Below, piece by piece: positions 27,110 through 45,737 of a stretch of DNA of 64,000 bases. A program made the translations under genes and the position numbers. Where the stretch lies: NCBI GenBank assembly GCA_002104945.1, contig MCFH01000054.1, forward strand, positions 310,001 through 374,000, written 5' to 3'. This DNA is from Piromyces finnis finn (Eukaryota; Fungi; Neocallimastigomycota). Every line of letters starts with the position of its first letter. Position 1 is the first letter of the stretch. The notes under the pieces were generated by a model. The model saw only the letters and a list, made by a program, of their open reading frames with translations. It made no database searches and had not been told where the DNA came from.

Positions 27110-28463
27110 AATCTTTTTAAAATTTTTTTAAAATAAATAATATTTAAAAAAAGAATTTAAATACATTATACATTAAATTATTGATTAACGTATTAAATTA
27201 ATGTAATTAAGATTATAAAAGATTAATCTAATCTTTTTAAATTATAAAAAAAAGATAGGTTTCAGAAGAATGTATATAATCTATTCAACAAAGTATCTAT
27301 ATATATTGATTTTTAGATATCAAATAAAGCAAAGTGAAATGAAATGAAATGAAATGAAACAGCAATTTGATACTTTTTTTTTATTATATCTTTTTTTTCT
27401 TTAATTTATTGTTGGTATATAAAGTTATTAAATAGTATATTTTTGCGATATTAATAGTTATAGACATTATGGTAATAGGTTTTTTTTATTAGAGATAAAA
27501 TATTTCTTTATTTGATATTGTAAAATCCTATTTAATTATTATAACCATTTATTTATACATTTCCTCTTTTTTTTCTTTTTTTTTTTTTATAATCTTCATC
27601 ATAAGAAATGAAATAAATAGTATAAAAAGCAAATTATTATATAAATTTATTATTAATGCTTTAATTTCTTTATGCTCTTTCAAAATAAAAAAAATTAATA
27701 GCTTTGTCTAATTTATAAACTGTTTTAATATAATTTATGTTTAAAAAGATTTATATTATATAATGGCAACTTTAGTTTTTAATAATAAATAATGAATGAA
27801 ACATAATTTATATATCTAATAAAATTATAAACTTTTCTGAATAAAACATTGATTTTTCAAGAAAAATATTAATAAAAAGCTTTTTTCTTTTTTTTTTTTT
27901 TTGTTTTATTTTTTTTATTTTATTAATGATTTAAGCAAGTATATTTTATGTATTTTTATTTTGCTTTATAACTTATTATTATATTGATATTTATATCAGA
28001 TTTCTGTTTTTTAACATGAAAAATGGATATACATTTATTATTACTATAATTCTTAATTAGAGTAATTATAATAAATAATTATATCGATTCATTTATATTA
28101 TTCATCTAAAAAAGAATTTATTAAATGTTTAATCTTTATTAGAAATAAATAATAACATATTAATATGTATAATTAAATATGTATATAAATATACATTTAC
28201 TCTATCTTTTTTTTTTTTTTTTTTTTTTAATTAAATCTAATGGTTTTAATAAATAAATAAATAAATAATTTAATTTTTTGTTAGTGTTTATTTTGTTTTA
28301 GAGGATAAAAATTAAATTAGGTGATGAGAATATAAAACTAAATTTTATATTTATCTTAAATATGTATGTATTATTCATTGCTGTTATATATTATTATTGT
28401 TATTATTTTATTTTATAATTATTTTTTTTTTAAGAAAAATCTTTGTTTTTGATTGTTAGTAAA

Positions 28464-32522
<4,059 letters not shown>

Positions 32523-33957
32523 TTTGGAATTTCAAAATAGTTTGTTATGGTTATTGTTCTATTTTTTATTCTTTTATTGCTATTTTTACTAGTTTTACTA
32601 AATTGAATTGAGTTTATAAAATATTAATGAAATTTAAATTCCATAATAAAAAAAAAGTATACCATTTAAAAATATATATATTTAATTTTGATAATTTATC
32701 ATTTTAAAAGTATATTCAGTATATAATTATATTGTTTTTTTTATTTATTATGTTTTATTCTTACCTTTTAAAAAGGTTTTTAATTTTATTAATTTCTAAG
32801 TTAAAATGTTGCTATCTTTCTCTTTTATTTTATTTTATTTAAAAAAAAAAAAAAAAAAAAGAAAATTTAAATTTTAATTTTAAAATTAAAAATAATATTA
32901 AATTTTTAATATTATTTTTAAAATTTTAAATTTAAATTGTTTTTTTTAAAAAAAAAATAAAAAAAAAAAAATCATTAAAAATGTAAAAGAATTCATTTTT
33001 TATATTAAACTTTTCATATTTCAAATTCACATTTTTATAATGAATATTTTATAAAAAGAAATAAAGTATAAATAAAAAAAAAGCAAAAAGGAATAAGAAT
33101 AGAATATTAATTAATTCTTTCTTTTCAAAAAAGTGCTCTTTATTGTTGGCTTTAATTAATTTTTTAATATAAAATAAAAATATTAAAAATAAATTTTAAT
33201 TTATTAATAATAAAGTTTATTTTTGAATTAATATAAAAAATTAATATAAAATTTTTATGGTAGGACAAGATTTAATATACCTATAACAATGTTCCCTTTT
33301 TAAAACAGAAAAAACATACTTTTTGAACGTGTTCACTCTCTTCAATTTATCATTAAAAAATCAGAAAAACATACCTATAGAAATGCTTGCTTTTTTTTTA
33401 CTTTTTAGAAATTAGAAAATTAACAGTACTTGTAATAGTATAATTGAAACAATAAAAATTATTAATAGCACCAATCATTTAATTCAGTTAATTATAGATG
33501 ATATAGGTATTTTTTCTTTTTCTTTTTTTTTTTTTATTATTTAATCAATATCTATATCATATTATGTATGTAATTTAATTTCATATTAAAAATATTTATT
33601 ACTTATGAAAAGAAAACATTAAAATGACGTATTTATATTCGTGTGTAATCCAAAAAATATCAAGATACATTTTAAAAAAAAAAGAAAAATAAAAAAAATT
33701 TTCATTATTAACAATTATACACCACTATATTTTTCCAAAATTTACAACAAAATGATCTTTGAAGCATTTCATTATTATATTTAGTGACATTTTATATCAA
33801 TTTGTGGCCATGTTCCACTAGACACATCACATTGTAGCACATATTAAATTTATATTAAATTACTTTTTTATTATGTTTAAAGATAATCTAATAAACTTAT
33901 TATTACATAGATTCTATTCTTTTTATTTAATTATAATAGTAATATAAGTATATATAA

Positions 33958-35602
<1,645 letters not shown>

Positions 35603-35827
35603 CTTTAAATTTAAAATTTTATATTTAATTAAAAAAATGTTTATTTAAATATTTCCAAAAAACACAATTTAATTTAAAAAAAAACTTAATTTTTAATAAT
35701 TTAATAAAAGTTAATATGTTTTTTTTTTTAATATTATTAAATTTTATTATAAATATTGTTATTTATTTTATATATAAAATAAAAATAGCCTTTTTTTTAA
35801 TCATAGTCAAGATTTTTTAATATTTTT

Positions 35828-38800
35828 TCAATTTTCCTCATTTTCAAAGTATTCATCATATTCTATATTACTATCATTATCATCATAATCATCATTTATA
35901 TCATCGTCATCATCATCATCGTCATCATCATCATCTGTAGTGTCGGGGTCGGTAAGAGAATCTGAATTTTCAATATCTGAGTAAGAATTGAAATCGTAAT
36001 TATTATTGTCATGAATTAAATTCAATATAGAAGTTGAATTAATGTCATAGTGTTCTTCATTAAAGTTAAGTTTAATAAGACTATTTTGACTATCATTAAG
36101 TTCTTGTTTGTCAGTGGTAGAAGAATTAACTCTATTTAAAATTTCATTTTCAATCTCACCATAAGATTTCTCCTTTTCTTCTTGTTCTTTGATATTATTT
36201 TGTTTTTCTTGTTCTTTGGCCATTTCCTCTTCCTTTTTCTTTTCGTTTCTTTTAGTGATAATTTCTTCAGCTTTGTCGAAGAACATTTTTATTTGTCCTT
36301 TAGATTTTAATTTATCATTCTTCTTAATATCTTTAATATATTTTTTCTTTTCTTTGGATTGCATTTTTTGGAAGGACTTAATTTGTCCGATAAACTTATT
36401 AGACGGTATTTCTTTAGTTAATAAGGTAATGGTTTCTGGATCCATCATAGCCATCTTGGAATCTAAACCATTTTTTAAATATGGATTAAAAGTAGATGAT
36501 ATTGGATTAATGAATAGTGGATAAATATTAGGTAGATCAATTTTTTCTCTGATAGCGTTTTCAAAATCTGTTTTTGGACCTGAAATATATTCATCGGATT
36601 CTATGACATTATAAAAAATCTCGGGTGCATTTTTAATTTTATTTATTGACTTAATAGAATATGGAATACTAGTATATTTAAACACTTCAGTAGTTTTAAC
36701 ATTACTCTTATTTTCTGTGTTCTCAGATGATAGATCTTTCATTTTATGTGAAAGCTTGTCTTCATTAATTTCTTTCATGCGAAAATCAACAAATTTTAAA
36801 ATTTCCTATTCATATATATATATAAAGGAGTTTTAGTTAATATTCGTTTTTTGAAGGGTATATTTATTAAATTGGAATTATTTGATTTTTTTGAAAAAAC
36901 AACATCAATGATAATAACATTTAAATATTTTATGTTGAAATAAAGTATTAAATATTTACATAGAAATTATTAGTTCCTTTTATTTTTTCAGATATAATAT
37001 TTCTTTCAATATGGATTAATAAAGATAGTAATAATTTTAAAATATTTTGAAGCGATTCTTCAATTAATCTTTAATAGAATTAAAATTTATATGTTAGCAT
37101 ATAAGTTTATATAATCTATATAATTATTTTATATTATTTAAATATCAAGAAATCAAGAAAAAATAATATTGATTTACAAAGTAGATAAAAATTTAGAATA
37201 TATGGCTTCATATGTAAATATAATTGAACCTTTATATTTCTTTGTATATAATATAAATATAAATACCAATAATAAATATATTATACTATTTTATTTATAT
37301 TAATTTTTTGATAAACTATTTATACTTCTGATGAGTAAGTTAATCCTTCTCCCTGACATAAAACAGTCAAAGCATCAATATTATAGAAAGATAAATTTGA
37401 GTGATATATTTTATTTGAATAGAATCCGATCCGATTTTCTATATGACTTTTACCATATTTTCCATTCATTTCTTCATTAATTACACGATTCTTTTTTATT
37501 TTTAAGGAAAAAAAAATTAAGATAATTTTAAATGGAAATAAATTATTTTTTTATTAGTTAAAAAGAATCAATTCTGATATTTTAACAAATTCTATTTAAG
37601 TTTACCATATTAAAGTTTTTAATCTGAGATATATATTTATATTCTCTTTTTTTTCTAACATTGAGATCAACAGTTAGTTTTCCAGTTTTTTGATTAAACT
37701 CAACACCACTCGACAAATAAAAAAGTTTACAATTATCCAAAGATTGAATATATCCCGGTTTTACTCCAGAAACCCAAAACATATTATACTACATATAAAA
37801 TACACAATTTATTAGTAATTATATTTATTATTATTGTTACATATTATTTATTTGTATAAATATCTACTTTTTTTTTATTCTTCCATATAATAAAATCAAT
37901 AGTGAGATGTCCAATAATACCATAATTATAACAAATATTTCCTATTTTTATTGTATAATCATAAATATTGTTGTATGAAACAACATTTTGTGGGAATATA
38001 CTTCCAAAATATTCAAATGGTTTAAGATAGATCTTTACAATATAAATGTAATTAAAAAGTTATTAGAAATAATTAAATATTATACATTATATTATTACTT
38101 TTTTTTTAATTACTTGCTCTTGAGATCCAATAATACTAATATTTCCATCTGGTTCAATATACAAGTGTGATAAAACTGTTTTAATTTCATTAAAATCAAC
38201 CGGGGGTATTGCTTCAATAACTCCACCATATTTCAGAAAATCTAATCGATATTCAACCCAATTTGGATAAACTGTTTTGTTAACAATATTTACTTTCTTC
38301 ATAATTTCTTCTCTGAAAGGTTCAATAAATTGCTTTAGTTCCTCATCTGTATTATTACTATTATATTCAAGTAAATTATCTATAAAAGTGTAATCATTTA
38401 TATCTATTTCCAAATAAAAATATCTTTAATATTTTCATTAAACATATTTCTTTTAATATATTTTTGATAAATACTTATATATGCTATTCCTATAGCATCA
38501 ATAGTAGAATTTATTTTAAATACCCATCTTTCATATTGTTTATATGTAATGATTAATCTAATTAATGAAACATAAAAATTTTCGTATTCATGAGGACATT
38601 CTACTCCTAATATAAATTATGTATCAGTATTGCTTAACGATATTATTTTTAAATGATCAATTAAAATAATTCATTCATTGAGATAGTTACCTGGAGGTAT
38701 GGCAAGCTTATTAGTTTTTAGTATTTCTCTTGCTCCTATTTTAGTAAATAGATATTTGAATTTTTCAACTTGTGGAGCTAGAATAGGAATATTTAAATAC

Positions 38801-41800
38801 TAACATTTTTTTATTCATATCAATAAAAATCAATTATTACAGTAAATATACTTTTATTTTCATATTATAATAAAAATTTTACATATAAATTTAAAACTTA
38901 CATAACTAAGTTCCATATCTAATTTTCCAATAATACCTGGAATAATATATGTATATGTATTTTCATCAATTAAACTTCTAATACTTTTATGGGTACTAGG
39001 ATCATATAAAATCATGGATGTTAACGAGGAAGAAGAATTGATTTTTTCTGCCATTTTTGCATAAACAATTTTAAGGCGTTCATTTTTATATATACTCACA
39101 CCAAATCTTCTTTCTATAATATTTCCATTAGAATTATAAAATAACCATGATTAAAATATTATTTAATATTTTAAAAAATATATATACATATATATATATT
39201 TTTTATTGTAATAATTACCAAAAATATGATTTATTTCATTCATTATATCAATATTATATTCAATATTATATGGCATTACAATTATTAAATTAACTAGTGG
39301 GTCTTTAAAATCTAATAGTCTTAAAAAGTGAAATGAAAATGTGTATTGTAATATAATATATAGTAATTTAAAAAATATATTAACAACAAAAGGTATATAA
39401 CAAATTAATGAAAAAACATATAATTATACTTTTATATGCATTAAAATGTATTTTTAATTTTTATTTTAATTTAAAATATTAAGAATAATTGTACCTTCCA
39501 AATTGAAAAGTTTGTAAATATTTCACAAAATCAATAGATTTTCGTATTCTTCTTGAAATTGATGGAATGTGTATAATCGTCCTTTTTTTAATTTTGTAAA
39601 AGAGTATAAAAGAGGTTATGAATATTATATATTAGCAAAAACTGTAATTTTTATTATTATAAATCAAAAACCTTTTTCCTTCTTTTATTCTATGCCATTT
39701 TGAATAAAATTCTATATTTTTTTCATACACATCTTTTCTATGTGTTATATATTTATTCTATTTATATTTTATTCCAATATATTTTAATTATTAATATTAT
39801 ATAATTAACCATTATATATATGTATATATATATAAAATATATACTTTAATCATATCATTGATAACACGTTGCTTTAAAACTCGATTATAAAAACAAGCAA
39901 TAACATAACTAGCTTTATGATCAATAACTGCTTTCTTATATTTATTTCTGTAAAACAAAGAAATTCATTATTTAAATTATTAGTAAAATATTTATATAAA
40001 AATTATTAATTTTATTTTTTTTTACCTTTGTAAAAATGTTTTCCATGTATTTTGAACCTTTCTAATAACTTTTTCTACAAAGTTAGCGTTATTAAAAAAT
40101 GTTTTAACGGATTCATTGATATACTTTTCAATCTATATGTATTGAATTTAATGTTTAATTTTATTGATATAGATATTTTATATTATATGTTAGTAATGTT
40201 AGTATTTTATTTTTTTATAATATATAATTATAATAATGCTTAAAAATTTATATCTACCTTTTCTCTATAAATAAAACAATCATATATATCCTCAATGGTA
40301 GGTTTATCAAAAAAGTCTCTTGATGCAATCATTTCAAGTTTTTCACAACTAATTTCAGCAAACATAACTACACATTGATATAAAATAATATAGTTTTATA
40401 TAAATAATTAATACATTAATTTTTTTATGAATTATATATATATATTTATAATAAAAATTTAATTTTCATACTCAAATAAATTTGGCAAAAATCTTCTATT
40501 TCCTCAAGAATAATTTTAATATCTCCCCAGAGATTATTAATATGCTTCTTTTTAAAATTTTGGTATATAGGCATGTGTGTGGTGAAGTAACCTCTATCAA
40601 TATAAATGACTGGCCCATGATTGATATCTACCATATCTTGATAATTTATTTCTATTAAACAAAAGTGTAATAATGAAAAAGTTATTAATATATAAAGAAA
40701 AGCAATATTTAATAAAATTTTATGTCATTATGTATACATACGTTCTGTTGATGGAACGGTAGATATTGGTGGTGTTTTAGCATCTTTATATTCATGTCTA
40801 TTTGCATTCTCTCTTCTTAATTCAATTTCTTTAATTGCTTTTTCTACTTCTTTAATAATTGGTAACTATAGTATACAAAAATTTAATTATTATTTGATTA
40901 AATAAAATGTAATAAATAGTTGAAATAATTATTTTATTTTCTATTTTAATAGATTATAAAATTTGATAAATGTAAATTTACATCTGGTTCTTTTATAGGT
41001 TTGTTTAGCATCATTTGATTTTCAATTTGATTATTGTAAAATGCATATTTATTTTTATTTAATTGATTATAAAATAAATGCATTTTACATTTTTTACTTT
41101 TCAAAAAGGCATTTGGGGTATATTGACTAAAAATGGGTGTGTAGTCACCATCATTTGGAAGTACTCTATTTTCAATTAAAGGATAAACACCCTTTTTATA
41201 AAAAAGAAATATTAATGTTAAAAACCTTTTTTATTTTTGAATGTTCCTCATTTATCAGATCTATATATTAATTATGATATTACTTTCTTTTCAATAATAT
41301 CCTCACTTGACCCAAAACCTTGATAAATATCATTTCGTAGTTTAGAAATCATTAAGCGATGATTTTCATAAACTTTTTTTTTAATCTGACCTTTTGTATT
41401 ATTTTCTGGTTTTGAATTAGTTGATATAGAAGGAGGCTCATTACTTTCATTATTTATTATTGGCGGTATCTTGAAATTCTTTTTAGTTTTTTTTTATTTT
41501 TACAAAGTTATTTATATAAAATAAAATAGCATTAATTTTTGAATGCAAAAAAACCAGAATTTATATAATTAATATAAATATTACTTCTCCAAATAGTGAT
41601 GGTGTAGGTATAGAATCACTAATTTTGTTTTTTTTTGATCCACTAAGAAATTTTATTGCTTTTATTTTAATAATAGGAATATAAAAAAAAGAAAACAATT
41701 ATATTTATTGTTAATATTAAATTGATTAAATTTAAGATAGTAAAACTAATTCACCTTCATCTGTTCTTAAGTTTGTATATTGAATTGTCTTTTTTTGATT

Positions 41801-42062
41801 AATTAAATTTTTAATGTCATTGATTCTTGTTAATAATTTCTAGTATTAAAACATTTTTAAAAAAAATTAATATTACTATTCTAAATTATATATTATTTAG
41901 TAATAATATTAATAAATACTTTCATACTACCATTTTACTATTTTCATTTTTATTTAATTCGGTTTTTATATCATTTAAATCATTTTTTACAATCTTTTTA
42001 TTAGGAAAGACATTTGTTGAATTCTTTCCTGTTAAAATAATATTATCTTTTTTTTCATTCAT
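35828..42062 (-). CDS. IQCH: IQ domain-containing protein H homolog (IQ motif + IQCH ATP-grasp-like region, acidic C-terminal tail), many exons
   Basis: Start MNEKKDNIILTGK at 42062. IQ segment VQNTWKTFLQRNKYKKAVIDHKASYVIA; KRTIIHIPSIS; DFKDPLVNLII; ERWVFKINST; YPNWVEYRLDFLKYGGVIEAIPP...LYIEPDGNISIIGSQEQ; YHSNLSF...CQGEGLTY; IERNIISEKIKGTNNF. These align, from recall, with conserved IQCH blocks in order. Some 5' exon boundaries are ambiguous. Confidence 0.82.
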
Positions 42063-42536
42063 ATTGTATATTTCTTTTATTTAAAAAATGGTATAATAAG
42101 GGTAGGTTCGATAAAGAATTTCATTTATTATTTAAGGATTTGATTTTTAGTTTTTTAGTTTTTTTTTTTAAAATTATATTTAATATTTATAAATGCGCAC
42201 CTTTTTTTTATTCGTCTAAAATTTTTTTAATTTTAAATGCAACTAAAAAACTAATTAAAAAGAAACAATTTAAAGTTTTAAAAAAAATGTTAAAATAACA
42301 ACATTAAATTTATTTTTTTTAAAATATAATTAAAAAATTTTATTTTTTATCATTCTTTTTTAGATATTTTTCTTTATTATTAAGGATTATTGTAATTACT
42401 TCTTTAAAAAAAATATTCAAAAATTAGTATTATTTATTCTTAAATTATATACACAATATAAGGATATTTTATTTTTATATTTTTTTTTTTCAATAACAAT
42501 AACAATGATAACATTATATATAGATTGTAACTTTTA

Positions 42537-45083
42537 TTAAAAGATTGTTTTTCCCATGATATGTTGTGCTTCAATACAAGTAATATCAGAATTACCTTGT
42601 ACAATTCTATATGATATAATAATAAATATATTAAATGAATCATTAGTAAATTATCAAAAATATTAGAATATTTTGTATTATTAATTAAAAAAGATGTTAT
42701 TCTTACGGTGCATTAGTTTTGCCTAATAAAAGTTTAGGTAGAAAAATAATATAAATTTAATAATATAATTAAAAACAAAAATTAATTAAAGTCAATATAT
42801 TATTATTTACCGTTTACAACCAATAAAGGATTGACTTGCTCAAGAATTTCAGCATTGACAGATATACCATCAAGGTATTGTTTAAGAATAGCTTTTAATC
42901 TTGCATTTTCTTCATTTAAATAATTTTTTTTATTTTTCATTAATATTGTATCAAGCAATACTTTGTTATATTTTTTATAAAACAATTCCATATATGAAAA
43001 ATCCGTTTCTTCTTCATAAACAACATCTGAACTTTTTTTTACATTATCCTGTATTTTATGAATTAAAAAGTTATTTTTAAAAATTTTTAAATTTAATATA
43101 TAGAGTTAATTATTATATAAAGGTATATTTTCTTTACTAAGAATATAATATTTCTTCAAAGTAAAGATTTGTATTTAATAAATTGAACTTGTATAATATA
43201 TTACATTATTGCTATCTTCTTCTTCAATATCATATAAATCATTTGTTTTTTCATCTCCAATTAAAACAGATTTAGTCTCATTTTTTAATTTATTTTTATA
43301 TTCTTCCATTTCTGTTTCGATAGAAGGATCAATTTCAAAATTATTGATTTGAAATGGATTTATTTTTTCTTCTTCCATTTCTAGTTTTCTATTCATTTCT
43401 GCTAACCGTAATATTTTTTCTGCCATATTTACTTTTTTTTTTAAATTTTTAATGGTCTTATTACTCATTGTGGTTAATGTAATTAATCTTTCTTTTTCAT
43501 TTTCTCTATATTTATTAAGTTTTCTTTTTAATTCTTGGAAATGCGATTGAATTAGCTCTTTATCCTTTTTTAGAAATTGATTTTTTTGATTATACTCTTT
43601 GTGATTATTTGAATATTTAGTCTTTAATTTTAAAATCATATCCTTTTAAAATTTTTATAAAATAATATTTTTTTTAAAAAATATATTCAATACATTTTTA
43701 ATATATTTAATATTTTTAATATATACTTGTAATTTTGTTAATTTCTTCATTTGTACTTCAATTTCTTTTGAATGATCTCTATCTTTTGTTTTTAAATCCT
43801 CAAAATCTTTTTTCCAAATTTCTGTGTTTGCGTTATATTGATCTAACACCTTTAATTAAAATAATAATCATTATTTTTATAGATTATTATTAATAATATT
43901 GTTTTTTTTTGAACTAATTATTATTAATACTTTATAGTATATAACATACATCATGAAATTTTTTCCACAAATCCTCAATAACACTTTCTAATTGAATTCT
44001 TAATGTATGTTTTTCTTCAAGATTCTTTTTTTTATATTACAAAATATATTAAAATTATGTTATTAATTAATATTATGACTTTATTACTACTCTCTATATA
44101 ACGTTTTTTTAATTATTACTTTATTACGAATATCATCTCTAATACTTTGATGCTCATGTTTTGAATCAGCTTCTTCTTCTAAATATTCCTGTTCCATTCT
44201 ATTTATAATTCCAAGAATATTTGACTTTTCTTTAATATGTTGTGACTGTAGTTTTGATCTATTATAATTTGATTAAATATTAGATAAGTTTAATGCAATT
44301 GTTATTTTCATTATTTTCAGATAACAAAACAAATTTATCATATATTTATATATTTTTAATTTTCTTTTTTTTTATAGAAAATTACTTTTCTGTATTAAAT
44401 TCATTTTCAAGCATACTTAAATCCACAGAAAATTGAAGTTCCAAATTATTTAACCTTTTTACTTGTAAATCAATTAAATTATCTACATTAATTAAATGGG
44501 ATTGTAATGCCGTTGAAAATTGCTTATTTGCTTCTACAATTTCTTGTTCTAAGTTTTTGATTGCATTATTTTTTCTATCAAATTCTCTTTGATGAACTTG
44601 TTCTAATATTTCAGCTTGGTTTTTTAATTCCTGTGATTTTGCTTTATTATTTTTTTTTAAAAAAAATAAATATCAATATTTATGAATACCCATTAAAAAT
44701 TATTTATATTATTTAACATTATTTTTCAAATTATTATTATTACTATTAAAATAATTATATTATTATAACCTATTTTCATAATTTCTCTCCATCTATTATT
44801 GATCTTTAACATATTTAATTTACTATTTTTTTCTTCAAACTCAACTTTTTCCTATAAATAATATCATTTTTATTGAATATATATATTAAGTAATTGTATT
44901 GTATTATTGGTTTTAATAATTGTGTATATAAAATGTTGTATTTTTTTTATTATAAACCTTTAGCTTTGCTGCAGCAAGCTCTATCATTCTTCTACGACTT
45001 TCTTCATCTTTTAATAATTGGTATTCTGATTTTACACCTTTATTTCCTCTTTTCTTATCTCCCTTTTTTTTACCCTTAGCCAT
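42537..45083 (-). CDS. DRC2: Dynein regulatory complex subunit 2 (CCDC65), multi-exon
   Basis: Start MAKGKKKGDKK; INNRWREIMK; ALQSHLINVDNLIDLQ; AEKILRLAEMNRKLEMEEEKINPF; FYKKYNKVLLD; NARLKAILKQYLDGISV; NPLLVVNG. These are hallmark DRC2/CCDC65 motifs. Stop at 42537-42539. Confidence 0.93.
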
Positions 45084-45493
45084 ATTCTTTTAATAATAAT
45101 ATTCAATTTTTATTGTATAATTTTTCTAGAATATATATTTTTAAAGATTTTAAAAGTAATTCTACTATTATTATTGAATAATATTACTAATAATTAAAGT
45201 TAATATGTATTTAATATTTTTTTAATTATATTTATTATAATATTCATAAAAATAATCTATATTAAAGTATAATAATAAGAAGAAATAGGTAAGAATATTG
45301 TAATAAAATGATAAATGTAGTAAAAAAAATTATAAGAATAACTTTTTATGCGGAGTTAATGAATCATTTTTCATATATTATCAGTTAAACACTAAAGTTA
45401 AATATATAAATTTTATTGTTTAAAAAAGGGTAAAAATTAAAGTTAAAATTTCCGAGAACAAAAGGTAAAAAATTAGAGTTATTTTCTTAATAA

Positions 45494-45505
45494 CCAATAA
45501 CCAAT
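45494..45505. promoter_or_regulatory. Tandem CCAAT boxes in the divergent DRC2 / coiled-coil gene promoter
   Basis: ccaataaccaat within the 654-bp head-to-head interval 45084-45737. Confidence 0.3.
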
Positions 45506-45737
45506 ATATAATTAAGATAGGATAAAACAAAAATAATAAAGTTTTGATTATTTAATTTTTATTTCTATTATATTTATAACAATGAAGATTTAAATGAACT
45601 AAGCAAAAGTTCAATTTTATTTTATAAATATATATTAAAACTGATAATATATATTTTATATATTTAAAAAATATAAAATTATTAATATTACTTTTTTTTA
45701 TTTATTTTTGTTTTTTACATGAAATAGTACTGTTACA

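Noticed and set aside
27335-27359. (TGAAA)5 pentamer repeat
   Set aside because: It is a simple short tandem repeat, not telomeric, and has no associated structure.
42105-42111. GGTTCGA, resembling a tRNA T-loop/B-box
   Set aside because: There is no flanking T-stem pairing, cloverleaf or A-box. It lies in the IQCH leader.
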